Assembly: GCA_977017575.1 (NCBI GenBank)
Contig: CDRNVI010000026.1
Span: forward strand, 248,001 to 312,000
Source: Paramoeba atlantica
Lineage: Eukaryota > Protista > Discosea
DNA: 64,000 nucleotides
Direction: 5' to 3'
A program made the position numbers and the translations under genes. This document shows, in pieces, positions 24,401 through 35,577 of the stretch. Numbering within the stretch: the first letter of the stretch is position 1; every line of letters starts with the position of its first letter. The notes beneath the pieces were generated by a model that was given only the letters and a program-made list of their open reading frames with translations, was not told the origin of the DNA and did no database searches.

Positions 24401-24708
24401 ACATTCCCACTAATAATGATAATAATAATAATAATAATCTCAAAAAAAATATCATTCTTGAGGATTATCATTATCATTATTAATGACAGGGGGAGTACAG
24501 TGTAACAAATAAAACGAAACAGCATTTCTGTGAAGCACATGCGATGACATACAAAAGTAAAAAGTTGCCAAATAGACAACAAGTTAGCAGAGAAGTAGAA
24601 ACATTATGTCAGAAAAAATTATCATAAAATTATTTCTACTGAAGATATTGATCTTCCTTTTCTTTCATTTAGATCGTCTCTCCCTCCTTTTCATTTGTAT
24701 TTGTGACC

Positions 24709-25341
24709 ATGTATTGCACGTTTTTCAACACCGCCGATGAGTTATCGCGACCCAGCAAAGTACGCGGGGCGATCCTACCGGGCGAATACAGCCTGGTGCA
24801 ACTCTTGAGTAAAGCAGAATTCTCAGAACCGTCCTGGAGTGTGCACACTCCAGCACGTCAGTGGGAGGGCGTAAAATGCAATGATGAGGATGAAATCACG
24901 GACCTAAATTGGGTGGCGGATTTCCACTCTGCCAGTTCTCCACGTATTAGAGGGGAACTTCTTTGGCAACACCTGCCCCATACATTGGTGCATTTTTTCG
25001 CGATGTTTCATGGGATATCGGGACCGGTAGACTTGTCGTCGTTGCCTCCTGCGTTAATCGAATTCAACATCGATATGAATCAGTTTGACGGATCGTTGGA
25101 CTTAACTAATTTGCCCCATAGACTTGAGATACTCAGTTTAGCGTACAATCTGTTTTCTGGGGAGATCGATCTGACACGTCTGCCAGCATCGATCCGTGAG
25201 TTAAGGCTAGCTGGCAATGACTTATGTGGGGATATAGATTTGACCAAACTTCCTGCGAGCTTGTCGGTACTAGAACTCTTAGGAAATCGCATCAATCGTC
25301 CTAAACATGTCCCTAAATTCGTTGATATAGGAAGTAGTTGA
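24709..25341 (+). CDS. LRR protein, paralog 5 (LRR-b copy 2)
   Basis: SRPSKVRGAILPGEYSL motif. Duplicate of 14696-15328. Confidence 0.85.
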   Translation: MYCTFFNTADELSRPSKVRGAILPGEYSLVQLLSKAEFSEPSWSVHTPARQWEGVKCNDEDEITDLNWVADFHSASSPRIRGELLWQHLPHTLVHFFAMFHGISGPVDLSSLPPALIEFNIDMNQFDGSLDLTNLPHRLEILSLAYNLFSGEIDLTRLPASIRELRLAGNDLCGDIDLTKLPASLSVLELLGNRINRPKHVPKFVDIGSS

Positions 25342-25875
25342 CCCAAAGTACTAAAGTAATTCCACATTTGAAGGCTGTCGAAGAGTTGCTAGTCGTCGAA
25401 GGAAGCGTTTTCAATAAAGTAAAAATTGATTACCCCTATTATATTGTTTTAAGGTAATATTTTTTTAAGGTAATATTGTTTTAAGGTCTGCTATTAGGCT
25501 TCTTCATGACTTTGTACAAATCACTGAGAATCACGTATTGACACGTAACACATGGAAAACTCACAAGTGCGCTCTTACTTTCCGATTTAATTCTTAATTT
25601 CCACAATTTAATTATTGTTTCAAATACTCGAACATAGTGGCGGGACGGCAAATAATTATTCCTTCGCTAAGCGTACATACATACAGTACGTATGTAGAGT
25701 TGAGGTGAGTCCTTTTGCGTAAGACTAGTTCGTATGCGAGTTTACTAATATACTTAGTATGCGAAGCCTACGAAATACAACTTTGGTGTACAAGACAGCA
25801 TACAAGTCATTTTTGCTCAACGTTTTTCCTCTCTTTTTCACTATATACGCTCGTTGTCTCTCCGATGCTATCCAC

Positions 25876-26298
25876 ATGGCACGCACCGTAAAGTACTTCT
25901 ACCGTACCCGAGCCCGGGCCTTCTTTGGTCGTCTCCCACTGGGTCGTATTGAGAGGGCGCTCGCGATGGAGTACTGCAAGGAGGGCCGTATGCAGCCATG
26001 GAGCTACTCGAAGGAACAGGTCCTGGGGGCCCCGGTGACCTTATCGGTCGCCTACCAACCCAAACCACTGCGTCTAGTGGGAACCATAATGGACACTTAC
26101 CGTGATGAGACCCACTTAAACGGCGGTCTGAAAGTATTTTGCAAGTATGAGGAGACCAACATGATGCTTTGGGTGCCGCTGGCAAATCCAAAGATTAAAG
26201 TGGAGATTAGCCCCGCGACAGGGACGTTCGAGCATTTTCTAGAGGACAGGGATCGCTGGGATGAGGCGTTTATGTCCGGGAAGGCACGGCTGAAGTAA
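25876..26298 (+). CDS. bL19m: Mitochondrial ribosomal protein bL19m homolog (kinetoplastid type), 140 aa
   Basis: RARAFFGRLPLGRIERALAME..MQPWSYSKEQVLGAPVT..YQPKPLRLVGTIMD..GGLKVF..EETNMMLWVP..NPKIK..FEHFLEDRDRWDEAFMSGKARLK aligns along its whole length with the trypanosomatid mitoribosomal protein I recall as bL19m. Confidence 0.65.
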   Translation: MARTVKYFYRTRARAFFGRLPLGRIERALAMEYCKEGRMQPWSYSKEQVLGAPVTLSVAYQPKPLRLVGTIMDTYRDETHLNGGLKVFCKYEETNMMLWVPLANPKIKVEISPATGTFEHFLEDRDRWDEAFMSGKARLK

Positions 26299-26552
26299 GA
26301 TGCAGCAAACCGACGGTGCAAAGTGCATCTATTCGCCACGCTGTTACGGAGGCTCGTTGTTAGTGCATCGACTTTAGACCGTAAATTCATAAACCATGCT
26401 TAACGTGTACGCTACACGTCCGAGACACCAAATATTTTAGAGTGCACCAGATCTTTTTTTTTCGCAGTTTTGTCATCATACCTTACATTTAGAGATGTGA
26501 AAAGGGAAATTAAACAATCCAAATCATCTTTTACTTTTCCCTTTTTTCGATC

Positions 26553-27176
26553 ATGAGCGATTCCCATTCACCCCCCTCTGCAACCGCCTCCACGCCTGTA
26601 TTCGGTGCCGAAATACCCCAGGTAGAAGCCATGGCTCGTTTTGTCGACAAACTTATTAACCCACATAAAACCTGGCAGGTGTCGAATCCGGCATGTTCCT
26701 GGCGTGGGGTTCACTGCGACCAACACGGGAAGATCTCGGAGATACGCTGGGAAGACGTGCAGACGAAACTCACGGGGGTGTTGCAATGGCCGTATCTCCC
26801 ACGAACCACAAAGGTGTTTACGCTTTATGTGTACTCAGAGGGACGACTACCGCTGACTGGGTCCTTGCCCTGCGGTGCGCTTCCTCCGGGGCTGAACGAG
26901 TTTGTCCTAAGTAACACAAATTCGGATGGTGGGTTGTCTCTGGAAGAGCTGCCGCGGGAGATACGATCGTTCGACGTGCATGACAATAAATTCAGTGGCA
27001 CAGTTGATCTTCGTGCGCTTCCGGAAACTCTTGAAGAGTTATTTCTAAACGACAATGGACTTGAAGGGTTGGTAGATGTTACGAAACTTCCAAAGAAGAT
27101 GAGCGAACTCCATTTATATGCTACCGATCTTGCAATTCCGAGCGACATGACTATTCCGGAATGTGTTATGATTTAA
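26553..27176 (+). CDS. LRR protein, paralog 6
   Basis: W.VSNPACSWRGVHC cap and LP..L repeats. Confidence 0.85.
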   Translation: MSDSHSPPSATASTPVFGAEIPQVEAMARFVDKLINPHKTWQVSNPACSWRGVHCDQHGKISEIRWEDVQTKLTGVLQWPYLPRTTKVFTLYVYSEGRLPLTGSLPCGALPPGLNEFVLSNTNSDGGLSLEELPREIRSFDVHDNKFSGTVDLRALPETLEELFLNDNGLEGLVDVTKLPKKMSELHLYATDLAIPSDMTIPECVMI

Positions 27177-27429
27177 CTGAGGGTTGCCATACGCACACTG
27201 ATTGGTTCGACATCAAAGTTGCGTTCTACGATGTGTTTCGCGCAGAGCGCGTGTCGTTATGTGTATACTTATGAAATTAGTTTCTTAGACTTGTACAAAG
27301 CAATATATGTGTAGGTGTACTTGTTATGTTGTAGACCTCTCCGACTGGTTACGGGGACGCAAGGCCGCACCAAGGCTGCTTACACCAATGACAAGGCTTT
27401 CGCAGTCCCATTGGGAGGGTTGCTCGGAG

Positions 27430-27698
27430 CATTTCCTACGCTCAATTGTAGATCTGACGATATCTTCCGAACTGATAATCCGTTCTTTAGTTTTTCTATA
27501 ACAAGCCTACGTAGATCACTGGGTGCACTGCGCATAGTGCAATGAAACGCAAAGTAAACAAAGAGAATCTTACTCCATTTGCTATACTTTTTATGCGCAG
27601 TACACCCAGTGATCTACGTAGGCTTGTTATAGAAAAACTAAAGAATGGATTATCAGTTCGGAAGATATCGTCAGATCTACAATTGAGCGTAGGAAATG
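27430..27698. repeat. Inverted duplication of the transposase 5' end (107-bp arms, 55-nt loop)
   Basis: 27430-27536 is the reverse complement of 27592-27698 with 2 mismatches. Confidence 0.9.
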
Positions 27699-28612
27699 TA
27701 AGTAATATTAATAAAAAATACCTTCCCAACTTAGTTAAGAAACGAAAAACAGGTCGCCCTCGCAAGCTTACCGAGGCATGCTCGAATCGCGTCCGCCGCC
27801 TTATCACCAGCGGAGGAACTAAGGATGCAGTCGCTACTAGTAAACGGTTAAGAGATGAGGGAGTTGCAGGTATTTGACCTCAAACCATTCGGGTTTCCCT
27901 TCGGAAGCGTGGTTTGAAGGGGAAGAAGAAATTACGGAAGCCCCACCTCACGAAGCGTCACAAAGCTCTACGTCTTGCTTTTGCAAAGAAGTACGGGCAT
28001 TGGACGCACGCCGACTGGAGCCGTGTGCTCTTTACCGATGAAAGTCAGATCTGCCGTTTTGAGTCGAATGGCGGCCGGTGGGCGTGGGTGAGCTTTGGGG
28101 AAGCACTTTCAGAGCGAAATACTCACAGCACCGTGAAGTACGGTGGAGGATCCATCATGGTATGGGGGTGTATGATGGCTCACGGCGTGGGCCCCATTGC
28201 TCTGTTTCATGGCAACATGAATGTTGACCAGTATGTTCAAATACTTCAACAGTATTAGCCTCCTTCCCTTCACAAGTTGGATGTCATGAAGGACTGGATC
28301 ATCTTCCAACAAGATAATGATCCAAAGCACATGAGTAAGAAGGCTCGGGAATTCCTTCGTTTGGAAGAATTATGTGTCCTAAACCGGCCCCCACAGTCTC
28401 CCGATTTAAATCCCATAGAGCACCTATGGGGCGAGCTCAAAAAGTCAACTGCGAATCACCCAGATCCTCCGGTAGGAATGTTGGAACTTTGGGAACGCGC
28501 CTAAAAAGCGTGGGCAGACCTTCCTCCGAGTGCATGTCTTCCTCTTGTCCGCAGCATGCCCCGTCGTTTAAGGGCAGTAATTAGGGCGAAGGGGGGACTT
28601 ACGAAGTATTAA
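27593..28612 (+). mobile_element. Tc1-family DD34E transposase pseudogene (339 codons, 3 premature stops)
   Basis: HTH, GRPRKL, W..VLFTDES, GGGSIMVWGC, FQQDNDPKH, PQSPDLNPIEHLW. There are 34 residues between the second D and E. Stops end at 27877, 28258 and 28504. Confidence 0.92.
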
Positions 28613-29111
28613 GCTTTGGTCATTTTGGTTTGGTAAGGGTGAAGTAAGACAAAGTTTTGGTCAAAAAAAAATAATCTGAAAAAAGTGAAAAAAAGTGTTC
28701 AAGTGTTGGTCTCGCATTATATCTTTCATAGTCTTTTATAGTAAGATCGTTGATGAAGTCTAAGTACGTGGGAATGTAAGCACTACTCCAGCCTACACCA
28801 CTATAATATACTACTGCATTATCCTCTACATCTCTTTTGTAAAATATTAAAGCATTAAAATTTGTGAAAACATTTGAACACTTTTGTTAGTTACTGTAGT
28901 TATGAAGTTAGTTTCTTAGAGTTGTACAAAGCACGCCTCTTTTTTAAAAAAAATAGCCAATATTTTTACGGCGCTTTCCACGCACAGTAATGCCCCGAAG
29001 AAATTTTCCTTGGCATTTAGGCTATCGCCCTATTAAAAGGGGGTCACGTGTAGCCCTTCAATAGTATTCCATAGTGGAGGGCTGGTATAAATTACAAGTT
29101 GTTTTTTCATC

Positions 29112-29430
29112 GTGTACTGCATTTCTTTCCGCTTTGCGGGCGTGTCTCGAGCAGGTAAGGTACGTGGCGGCACCTTGCCGCAAGAATACATTTTATGGCA
29201 GAATTTAGGTAATGCGGTTCATAAAGAGACATCCTGGACCAGTCAGACGCCAACCTCTAAATGGAAGTATGTTTCATGCAATGCCCACAACGAAGTAACT
29301 CACTTGCTATGGTCATTTGACTTACTTTTGTCCGAATGTCAGACACTTCAGGGTAAGCTCGTTTGGGAAAATATGCCACGCACATTGTTGCATTTCGAAG
29401 CTAAGTATCAGGCATTGTCTGGCCGCGGGA
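29112..29430 (+). pseudogene. Truncated LRR paralog 7 (N-motif and cap only)
   Basis: SRAGKVRGGTLPQEYIL...W..QTP..KWKYVSC..GKLVWENMPRTL. It starts with GTG and family similarity ends near 29430. Confidence 0.75.
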
Positions 29431-31240
29431 TGTGTGCATTCGCGCATCACGTTTTCTCGCGCTTTATCATTTCAAAAGAGCTCTGCATCCTGAATACTAC
29501 CTCAAAAAATACCTACACCGGACCCACTATTTTCGACCGTTTGGCGCCAACCTCCAGGTAGTGTCTACACCCCCGCCATTGCAGAGGGGGTGGTCGAGGG
29601 GTCACCACCAGTGACCTTGCAAAAGTCTTCTGTGGGTAACACAGGTTGCACTGGGTAGCACAGCGCACACAATATCACACTGGGTAACTGCAGTATCTCC
29701 ATAGAGAGAACTATGAAATCGTAAACAGCAAAGCAGAAATAAGAGAAAGTAAATAGACTTCTAGGCCTGACAATAAACCAATAGGAGAGATCAATTGAGA
29801 AATTCGAAATAGTCGTAGGCTTTATTTCATTTAGGAATTTTGAGCATGGCGTTTGCGCGAGGTCGGGATTGGTGTCCCTTTTTCGGTGCAACTTTCGATG
29901 TCCTCTATTTCTTTAAAAGTCCCGTCCATGTTGGCCTTCGTCAGTGTCTCAAAGATTTCTAATTGGATGTAGTGGAGGAGAACCGTTTTCATCGCGCGGT
30001 CAAAACGGAGCTTGGAAGAGTGCAAGGTATGCACTAAACGGATCGTACGTGCCATTAGTCAAGGATTCTTCCTGGAGTTTGAGCTTAGGTTCCGTCATGA
30101 GGACCAATGACTCAGGATTTTCAATGCGGAGTTTCCCTTCGGTATAGTTCTCGCGCATTTGGTCACAAGCTATAAAAGGGGTCTTTCGTGCTGCGAGAAT
30201 TTTACACCGATACCCCAATGAAGCCTTCAGACGCTTGAAGCTCAATCCAAAGCTTCTTACATAGATCAGCAGGGTTCAAGGCCCTTTCATCAGTAGGGTT
30301 CAAGATGCCTTTCTTTCCGGAGATTCCATTGCCGCTGAGTTTACTTGCCCTGCAGGAGGATTAGCTTTCGTTATATCCACATGGTCGTTTACCTGCTTCA
30401 ATACAGTTTAAAAGCGAGCGACGTCTTCCGGAGACCAAGAAAGCCGAGCAGCAATCGCATTACAAAAATTTAGTCGCGATGGTTCTTCGCTTGACATGTC
30501 TAGGATCATTTCAATGCTTTAAAAAAATTGGCTACACAAGGTATCTAAAATGCGGCAAGCAGTGGGAGTGAGCATTAAAACATTGATCTCCGTTGCCAAA
30601 AGCGAGTCGGGTAACGCCCCCTGAATTCATACCAGGAATAAATCCGCCTATATTTTTCCCACCATGTGCTGTATTCGTAACGCGCGGCGTATGGGCGGGA
30701 TTGTTGATTACGTGTGGCGTAGGGGTACCAGGAACTTAGTCGAATTGCGACTTCAGTACGACAAAAAATAATTATCATGCTTGGAGAACAACTTGCTCTG
30801 CCGGTACGAGCGATATTTCCAGGAAAAGATTCTTCCACATGACAAGTGACGAGCCTCCCTTCACAGAGCGCGAACGAGGGCCTGCGTGCTAGAAATATGA
30901 GAAAGGGTGCCGACGATCATTTGCTCGTTCGTCCGGCGGAGGCAAATTTAAACAGAATGACGTTTTTGATAAAATTTAGTTTTTCTTAATACATCCATAT
31001 GTACATGTTCACCTACATGTACGCCTTCGCAATACGATGTATGTACACATCCACACGTACTGTCAGTAAAATACCGAGGGGTATGGTAAGCTGGTTTATT
31101 CCCGCTAGCATACAACGTAGAATACGTAATTAATAGCCTTTCAAATCGCAAAGATTAAAGTCATTAGAGAAGTATGATTATGATCTGTTGACAGCTTAAT
31201 TCAATATTAAGCCTCAACTCCTCCCCTTTGTTGGTGTGCT

Positions 31241-33226
31241 ATGACGGAATGCAAGGATTTCAGTATTCGTCGGGGAGTAGAAATTCTCCCTTTCGGTTAC
31301 CAAATGTGTATCATTGTGTTGCTACCTATTCTTTTCAGGTACGGGTGGTACGTCGTTCAAGATTATCCGAATGTCTCTGTAAGGCTTGACTATTTGATCA
31401 ATCCGATAGACCTTCGTCCGATGCTAAAAGTCACGTGGATTTTCGACCTTTTAGAACGTCTCTCTCTTCATGAGGTGCTTATCTGCACATTCATGGGTAG
31501 TTTTCTTCTTCATCGGGCTCTACAACGCAGAAAAGAGTTATCTGATGTTTTATTGCAGGCTGTAGATTCCCCTGGAGAGGTGTCCGTTGCCACTCGATTG
31601 CTCTATTTGACTTTGACGTCTCACTTGCTGAGATACCTTACACATAGAGAGATGTTACGTTCCCCTCTGGAAGAATGGGGCTGTTCTATCCAAGAAAATG
31701 CTTGCGAATCTTTCGACGTGGAAGAATACTTTCCCAGTCTTGACTCTTACATTGGACCCCTTAGTCAATATCCAGAAAGCTTCATCCGTCACATTTCAGC
31801 AATCGGATGTGTCATGCTGGTTCCATGTACTGGGATTCTAAGTTCAATCGCATTTTCGCTCTTGGCAGCCACACTGTACGGATTATTGCGTCACGGTTTA
31901 CACATGTCTGAAAGGCATAATCTCTTACGGTTCTGGCTGCATTGTAGCTTTTTTAACGCCATCTACGAAGTCGCATTATTTTTTCTGTCCAGTCCAGTAA
32001 ACTCATTGATTGAAGAGGTCAGCGATAGTGAAAGCCTTCCAGCAATCGTACACCCAACATGGGGTTGGTATGAAACAATAGTTATCAGTTTCCCTATTGT
32101 ATTTCAACTGTGGTACAATTATCGTTTTGGTCCCAATTGCGCAGAAGTTGAAGACACAGGCGACGATGGAAAGGTAAATGAGGACTCCCCACAGTCAACT
32201 CTCGCGAAAACGGAGAACGCGGTTGAAACGGATTATTTAGCTTACCCCACGGATAATGCCTTCCCCATTAGGTCATTGGAGCCCACATCGGTTTCTGATA
32301 GCGAGTACTCCACAACTCCGTGTCCTGAACAACCCATGCCCCCTATCCGCTTATTGGATGCCTTTTATTCTTTATGGCAGTTCATGCGGTGTACTCTGGT
32401 TGCGTACTTTACTACCGCACTCGTTGTCCTGATATTTTCGGCTGTCACCGTTTTGTTGCCCTTTGTGACAGGATTCATCTACGTTATTTTTCTGTTTGTT
32501 TGGTATCCTGCTGCTTTATGTGTTCTAAACATGGACTTCATTGTGGTAGCGAGTGGTTGCGTTAGCTTAGCTCTGCAATTTGTTTTGCAGCTCCGATCGA
32601 TCGATACTTGCTTGTGTTTCATTTTACTCTTGCTTGTCACGGTACTCTTTGCGGAACTCGTTCACCTTGCAAGAGGGCTACACACCCATTATTCCCTTTT
32701 TATTGTTATCGAATGTTTCATCGCTTTCCCGTTAGTGTTAAGCTGGACAACTTCAGTATTCAAGGAGTATTCTGTTCTGCCGTTCTTAAAAGAGAGTATA
32801 GGAATGGTTGCTTTTCCAATGGAATGTTCGGCTGAGTCCTCTTTAATGTTAAACTTCTTGTACATTTACAGCGCTATTTTGGGCCTTCTTACCTTTGTAC
32901 ACGTACTTAGTTCATATTTCCTCAGGCTCCCGCAATTTCCTACCTATACATTTCTAAAGAAGGAGCTGTCGATATCACTCCTCAAAGTGATTTGTATGTC
33001 ACTGTTATGTACAGGGTTTGCGTATTTTTCGCAATATTTTTCGCAATATGTGTTTTCGATTCCTGATCTCGGAATCTTGCTTCTGAATATATGCCACGGC
33101 TTTATGTTGCTAGGCATACAAAGAGAAAGACAAGAAGATATCCGCAATGCACTTTCCCGTATGTGTGGATACCATCGAGCACCTTCATCTCGAAGTCATC
33201 AAATGCACTACTCCGAACTCATGTAA
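31241..33226 (+). CDS. Multi-pass membrane protein (661 aa), unknown function
   Basis: Many hydrophobic 20-aa stretches in two clusters separated by an acidic loop. The layout is loosely reminiscent of the MARCH6/Doa10 TM region, but no RING is seen. Confidence 0.75.
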   Translation: MTECKDFSIRRGVEILPFGYQMCIIVLLPILFRYGWYVVQDYPNVSVRLDYLINPIDLRPMLKVTWIFDLLERLSLHEVLICTFMGSFLLHRALQRRKELSDVLLQAVDSPGEVSVATRLLYLTLTSHLLRYLTHREMLRSPLEEWGCSIQENACESFDVEEYFPSLDSYIGPLSQYPESFIRHISAIGCVMLVPCTGILSSIAFSLLAATLYGLLRHGLHMSERHNLLRFWLHCSFFNAIYEVALFFLSSPVNSLIEEVSDSESLPAIVHPTWGWYETIVISFPIVFQLWYNYRFGPNCAEVEDTGDDGKVNEDSPQSTLAKTENAVETDYLAYPTDNAFPIRSLEPTSVSDSEYSTTPCPEQPMPPIRLLDAFYSLWQFMRCTLVAYFTTALVVLIFSAVTVLLPFVTGFIYVIFLFVWYPAALCVLNMDFIVVASGCVSLALQFVLQLRSIDTCLCFILLLLVTVLFAELVHLARGLHTHYSLFIVIECFIAFPLVLSWTTSVFKEYSVLPFLKESIGMVAFPMECSAESSLMLNFLYIYSAILGLLTFVHVLSSYFLRLPQFPTYTFLKKELSISLLKVICMSLLCTGFAYFSQYFSQYVFSIPDLGILLLNICHGFMLLGIQRERQEDIRNALSRMCGYHRAPSSRSHQMHYSELM

Positions 33227-33591
33227 AACTGGATTGTATTTTCGCATTTATCAGGAAAATGGGGTCCATAATTATGGCGTGCACTTTTTACCGCGGTGAT
33301 GCGCACTTTTGACTGATGCGAATGACGGAATATCATATCGCCACGAAAATCCCATATGAACGAAAATCCACGTATGGAACGTATCGAGCGATTTTGATAC
33401 TATTATGACGCAAAAGTACAGTAGCATTCCTCCACTATGTACAGGATTATTCTTTGTATAATACAAGAAACTTTACACACAAAGTCAGTGTATTTTATAC
33501 TTTATGTAACTCCTGACAAATAATGAGGTAAATTCAAAAGTTAAGAAAGAAATCCGTGTAGTTTGTCTCTGTTTTTACACCTTTCCCCGTC

Positions 33592-34311
33592 ATGATCACA
33601 CCACGTTTTATCGCCCAGGACCCGCCCCGTCGCGCTGCCAAGGTCCGTGGTGCCTCTCTCCCCCAGGAAGTCCTACTCTCCCAACTTATACACAACATCT
33701 CGTATTGCCCCGAAGCTTGGAATTCAACAAACTCGGTTCACGCGTGGCCGGGTGTCATGACCGATATTGCCGGGGATGTGCTATGGCTGGAATGGGGAGC
33801 CATGGGACTCGACGGGACTCTGGCCTGGGAGGCGCTACCCCAAAGTCTCGCAAAGGTGGATCTCACGGGAAACTTCCTCAAGGGGGAGGTACCATTAGAA
33901 GTTCTACCCCGCGATCTACAAGATTTTCATATTGCGAAGAATTCCTTTCACGGTGATCTGCGTATCGCCGAGCTTCCACGCACATTGCAAGTGCTGGATG
34001 TCTCGGATAACTGCTTCGGCGGTACGCTTTCCTTGGAGGCGTTACCTCCGACACTAACGCATGCATATGTTAGTATGAACCAGTTTACTGGGGTAGTAAA
34101 CGTCGAAGCCTTGCCTTCGACTCTTCAAGATCTCTATTTAGGTGGAAACGACTTTTTTGGAACACTCGATCTCCGCTCCACAAATCCCGGGACTGTCATC
34201 AATCTCTCGGTGAACCGATTTGACACGATTCTTCTAACAAAGGAAAATAAAGCGAGTTTTTATATTGGCACTCAACCGCGCGGTCTGAAAATAGTTGAAT
34301 ATGAAGGGTAG
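33592..34311 (+). CDS. LRR protein, paralog 8
   Basis: RRAAKVRGASLPQEVLL motif and about 5 LRRs. Confidence 0.85.
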   Translation: MITPRFIAQDPPRRAAKVRGASLPQEVLLSQLIHNISYCPEAWNSTNSVHAWPGVMTDIAGDVLWLEWGAMGLDGTLAWEALPQSLAKVDLTGNFLKGEVPLEVLPRDLQDFHIAKNSFHGDLRIAELPRTLQVLDVSDNCFGGTLSLEALPPTLTHAYVSMNQFTGVVNVEALPSTLQDLYLGGNDFFGTLDLRSTNPGTVINLSVNRFDTILLTKENKASFYIGTQPRGLKIVEYEG

Positions 34312-35480
34312 GAGGTCAAGATGAGATGTTTATCGCGTTGGTTATATAACTACCGCTCTGACCTCAATTATTGAAAATGAATAAAAATCGTGCAAAAAAA
34401 AAGAGGAACTCAGTAACTCATGCATGTACCGTAGACCCCACCGAGTAATAGACCCCACCCCCCCAGTAACAAGGATTTGACCCTTTTTCGGCTGACGCCC
34501 AGTAACAAGGATTTGTCTAGGGAGGGTCGTTGGAGGGGGGGTCTCGACGGGTAGGGGTGGCTGGGCGGGGTGAGGGCGGTTGCGAGGAAGCGAATGGCGT
34601 GTTTGCGGGGTTGGATGGGCTGAAAATCAACGCACTCATTAACAAAAAAGTCCTTTTTCACCCAAAAAGTATACCCCCCAATAACCAGGAAGTCGTCATT
34701 TTGGCTCAAAATCGATTCTATTACTGGGGGATATACGTTAAATGTATATTGTCGAAAGTACCATGCGTTACTTAATTGCTCTTAATTACCGTTGTTCCTA
34801 ATTGCGGTTAATCTATTTAAGATTCAACTAACATTTTCGCCATCCAACGCGGCAACGCTCACATGCTGAGAGCGGCCTCAGGGGAGCAGGACGGTGGGCG
34901 GCGCGGGTAAAGGGGGCTTTGTGGTGACTGTATTTCTCTGAACATTTTTATTTGCCGACCAATATATTTTTTATGCGCCATGTGACCGGAATATCAGGAT
35001 GCAGAAAGCCTCCTGGGCGAAGAATAGATCGACTGGCATTCCTCGTGCAACGTGGAATGCGCCAACATGTTGCGACACAGTATCAGATAATTGTATTACG
35101 AGGGGCTTGGGAACATTATAGCTCAGATTATGACTTAAACCGGGGGTCAGTCTAATATTAGGATTGGAAATGCTAATATTAAGATTGGAAAGATGCTAAT
35201 ACTAAGATTGGACACGAATCTTAATATTAAAGTGACATCTTAAAGTGTCCAAAAAATGAATCTTAATATTAAAGTGTCGTCATTTTTACAGTATTTACTG
35301 TATTTTGATGCGAATCTGAGGGCTACGGGGAACGCAACGATGATGCGGATACCACTAGGAGAAAGCGGCAACGAACTTTCGAATCTAGCGGGTATAAGAT
35401 GCGCGATATTGATGATTCATTGTTATCGTTTCATTGACATTGAAATTCGTTGCGGTCAATGTATACCCGATTTTCCCTAT

Positions 35481-35577
35481 TTACGGAATTTCTTAATTTC
35501 GGTTAACCGATTTTAGGTTAAATTTTAATAAAATCAACGAAACTTTCACCGTTAACCGTAATTAAGAAATTCCGTAA
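35481..35577. repeat. Inverted repeat with 27-bp arms
   Basis: TTACGGAATTTCTTAATTTCGGTTAAC versus GTTAACCGTAATTAAGAAATTCCGTAA (1 mismatch). Confidence 0.75.

Larger units (their letters stand above)
17226..24495. mobile_element. 7.27-kb TA-flanked mariner/Stowaway-like TIR element packed with nested insertions
   Basis: TA|CTCCCCCTGTCATTGATAATGATAAT ... ATTATCATTATTAATGACAGGGGGAG|TA. Subterminal 17272-17306 is the reverse complement of ~24150-24186. The flanks rejoin to match the uninterrupted sequence at ~13935-14010. Confidence 0.8.
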
